In this document: positions 61,152 to 64,000 of the stretch, in pieces
Layout of the letters: each line of letters begins with the position of its first letter
How positions within the stretch are numbered: the stretch's first letter is position 1
NCBI GenBank assembly: GCA_964016885.1
Contig: OZ024741.1
Span: 345,898,001-345,962,000 of the forward strand
Direction of reading: 5' to 3'
Length of the DNA: 64,000 nt
Origin: Eledone cirrhosa
Lineage: Eukaryota
Position numbers and translations under genes: made by a program
The notes under the pieces: generated by a model
What the model was told of the DNA's origin: nothing
The model's input: the letters and a program-made list of their open reading frames with translations, nothing else
Database searches by the model: none

Positions 61152-64000
61152 TCTTTGAGGAGTCTCAGTCATTGATGTTAGTTAACTGGAAAGTTTGTTG
61201 AAATGAATATCAAGCCGCTACCTGCAGCCTCAGATATTCAGGACGTATCGGAGGGTTCTTGTTGTTCCCAGTAAGCATGCCTTTTGAAGTATTCCAAAAA
61301 GCGGGGCGGGGCCAATTTTCTTTAACCATCCTTGGAAACTCTTTGAGATAGTACCTAATGCGCCTATGACAATCGGAATGACTGACTTCATGGCAGTTCC
61401 AAATCCTTTTACCTCCCACTTTAAGTCCTGGTACCGGTTAATTTTCTCCCTCTCCTTTTCTTGCACTCTCGTGTCAAATGGGCAGGCTATATCTACAATC
61501 AGGCACGATCTTTTTTCCTTGTCCAAAACCACCAGGTCAGGTCTATTGTGTTCTAGTTTCTTGTCCGTCTGTATATCCTAAAATCCCATAGCACCTTCAT
61601 CTGATCGTTTTCTATCACCGACTCTGGCTTATGCTCATACCACTTCTCAGAATGCGGTAAATTGTTTACTTTGCATAGGTGCCAGTGGATCACCCTGCCC
61701 ATCACATGATGTCTCCAGCCTTTATAGTGAGTCTGGGCTAGGTGTTTACACTCGGATACAATGGGAGCCACAGTATCCTCTCTCTCTCCACAGATCCTAC
61801 ACAGTGGGCTAGCCTCCTCCTTGTAAATATGGTGTTTCATCCACTTAGTTCTGAGGACCTGCTCTTGCGCAGCCATTAGCATTCCTTCTGTAGCCTTTTT
61901 AAGGTCTTCTCTTTTTAACCAGTTCCATGTCTGTGGATCTCTAAATTCAGTTTTCTCAAAGAAGGTACTATCAAGGGATTTTTCATGAAGGTTGCTCTTC
62001 CTCCTTGTTATTTCCTCCTTGGACATTCCCTGGTCTATTGTCCTCTCCTTCAGTACAAATCTGTGCATTGGCTCCCTACTGTCAGTCACGTATTTGTGCA
62101 GGTTGTTTTTCTCCATCTGAACACAGTCCTCTATGCTGATAAGACCTCTTCCACCTTCAGACCTCTTTAAGTAGAGTCTATCGACATCACTCCTCTTGTG
62201 GAACATGTTGTAGATAGTCAATAGCTTCCTAGTCTTTCTATCCATTTCTTTTTGTTCAGCAACATTCCATTTCAGAATTCCCGCATTGTACCTAATAATA
62301 GATACAGCTCGGGAATTCACTGCACTTATGACATTCCTACTATTTAGATGTGATTTTAATACGCTCTATACTCTCCTAATGTACTCAGATCTTATTAATT
62401 CCTTCATATTTTTGTTCTTGATGTCATCAGCCTCCAGAACGCCTAAATATTTGTATCATTCTTCAGTGTTAATTGCCTTTATCATATCACCTGTTGGTAC
62501 CTGGATTCCGTTGCTTCTGCTCAATTTACCCCACTTCATCACTAAGACTCCACACTTATTAGTACCAAATTGCTGAAAATAGGACAGTGTCAACAAGTAC
62601 ATCCTTCTCACTCTTCCCAAAGAGTTTAAGATCGTCCATGAAGAGGCGGTGGTGATGGTAGGCTCTCCTTTTCCAAACTTGTATGCTGCTCTCACGTTTC
62701 GCAGTATAATGGTCAGGGACATCAGGGCAAGGACAAACAACAGAGGAGACATACTATCTCCCTGTAAGATACCTCTCTTGATCTTCACGCCTCCCAAGGA
62801 TTATCCAGCTGATGTCAACTCTGTTTTCCAGGACTTCATACTTTTGCCCAACAACTGTCTGATGTTATCTGCCACCTTGAAGATCTCTAGGCTTTTGGTT
62901 ATCCAAGAATGAGGTACCATGTCGAATGCCTTTTTGTAATCTATCCATCCCATGGCAAGACCAGTGTGTCTTCTCTTACAATTCCTCATTACCATCTTAT
63001 CAATAATAACTGGTCTTTTGTACCACGGGACTTCTTTCGGCATCCTTTCTGTTCGTCCGGTAACAAGTTGTTTATGTGGAGGTGATGGTAGATTTCCTCA
63101 GACACAATGCTCTTTAATAGTTTCCATATTACGGACAGACATGTGATAGGTCTATAGTTGGTAACATCATTACCCTTGACTCGGTCTTTCATTACCAGAA
63201 CTGGGGTACATTTTGTCAACCACTCTGGTACCTCACCCGACATCAAGCAGTCATTGAACATGGTTGTCAGTTTCGGGTGGAGGGATGTTATATTTTTAAT
63301 CCAATAGCCCTGCACATTTCCAATTGGTTAGTTTTTGGCCTGCCCTTTAAGAGTTTCAGCTGTGATACTCAAATCAGTTTGTTGGTGTGTTTGTTCACTA
63401 ATCTCCTTTTGTACTGTCTCAATCTACACTGCCTGATCATTATGTTCAACATCCTGCTCCCATATTCCTCTCAGAATGTCTTAGTCTGTTCCGCCCCAGG
63501 GATCAAGTCGTTGCCTCTTTCAAGCTGCCCAAACAACATCTGGTTGTTGTCAAACATGCGGTTCTGTCTATACTGACTGACTCTGCTCTCATACCGCCTA
63601 ATCTTTACACTCTTTGCTACAATGCGTTGCTTCAGTTCCTCAATGATGATATTTAGCTTTTTCCTCCTAGTTTTGTACTTTATTTCCAGTCTACTTTTAG
63701 TGTCTATGTTTTGTAGTGTCCCATTCAGTAGGGACTCAAGCTTTCCAATGTCATTTCTCATTTCCTTGATTTGACTATTCAGTCGTTTCTTCCACCAAGG
63801 TTCTGATCTTTCTTGTTTGTTGTTTCCTCTCGTTTTTATGCCAACTAATTTCCTCACCGCATTTGCTGTTGCTTTGAGGATATTGTTGCATTGGTGAAGG
63901 TTCCTCGCCTCAAGGTATGGGATGACTTTGTTTACTTTAGCTGTTGTTTCTTTTAACTTTTTCCTGTCTCCGTTCTCTCAACCTCTTCACCTTCATTTCC
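61152..64000 (-). mobile_element. R4/Dong-clade non-LTR retrotransposon (RT-CCHC-RLE pseudogene) ending in (TAA)n; continues beyond the window
   Basis: NYRPITCL, EQKGC, WIDYKKAFDMVPHSW, GILQGDSMSPLLF, CRICGEREDTVAPIVSEC, PDLVVLDK..IVDIACP..EKINRYQDL; 3' end CAAAGAATAATAATAAT. Confidence 0.92.

Overview
Eukaryotic, AT-rich, microsatellite-saturated DNA. The abundant tRNA-derived SINEs resemble octopus SINE families, so a cephalopod, probably Octopus, is inferred. No host gene, rRNA, tRNA or CRISPR array can be supported, and most ORF-track hits are translated simple repeats. The window is a retroelement landscape partitioned by microsatellite type. (1) At 9.87-24.2 kb, five head-to-tail Tx1/L1-clade LINEs (two full-length, three 5'-truncated, all with different 3' UTRs) each end in AATAAA(A)GAAA or a close variant directly into (TCTA)n. 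The two full-length copies share a covarying twin hairpin in the 5' UTR. Their ORF1 stops overlap splice-donor consensus and the ORF2 ends overlap YAG|GT acceptor-like sites, suggesting ORF2 may be an alternatively spliced intron. (2) Penelope-like (Naiad-type GIY-YIG) elements and short fold-back or tandem pLTR derivatives sit in (TA)n and carry about a dozen minimal type I hammerhead ribozymes with palindromic stem III. Three separate families have a compensated U3-A8 core instead of C3-G8. (3) Two RLE-type LINE ends are tandem in (CATA)n, and an R4/Dong-like element ends in (TAA)n. Also present: CR1, RTE, mariner and Tc1 relics, a MITE, SINE clusters and a G-rich 21-22 bp minisatellite. All calls are by eye; no searches were run.
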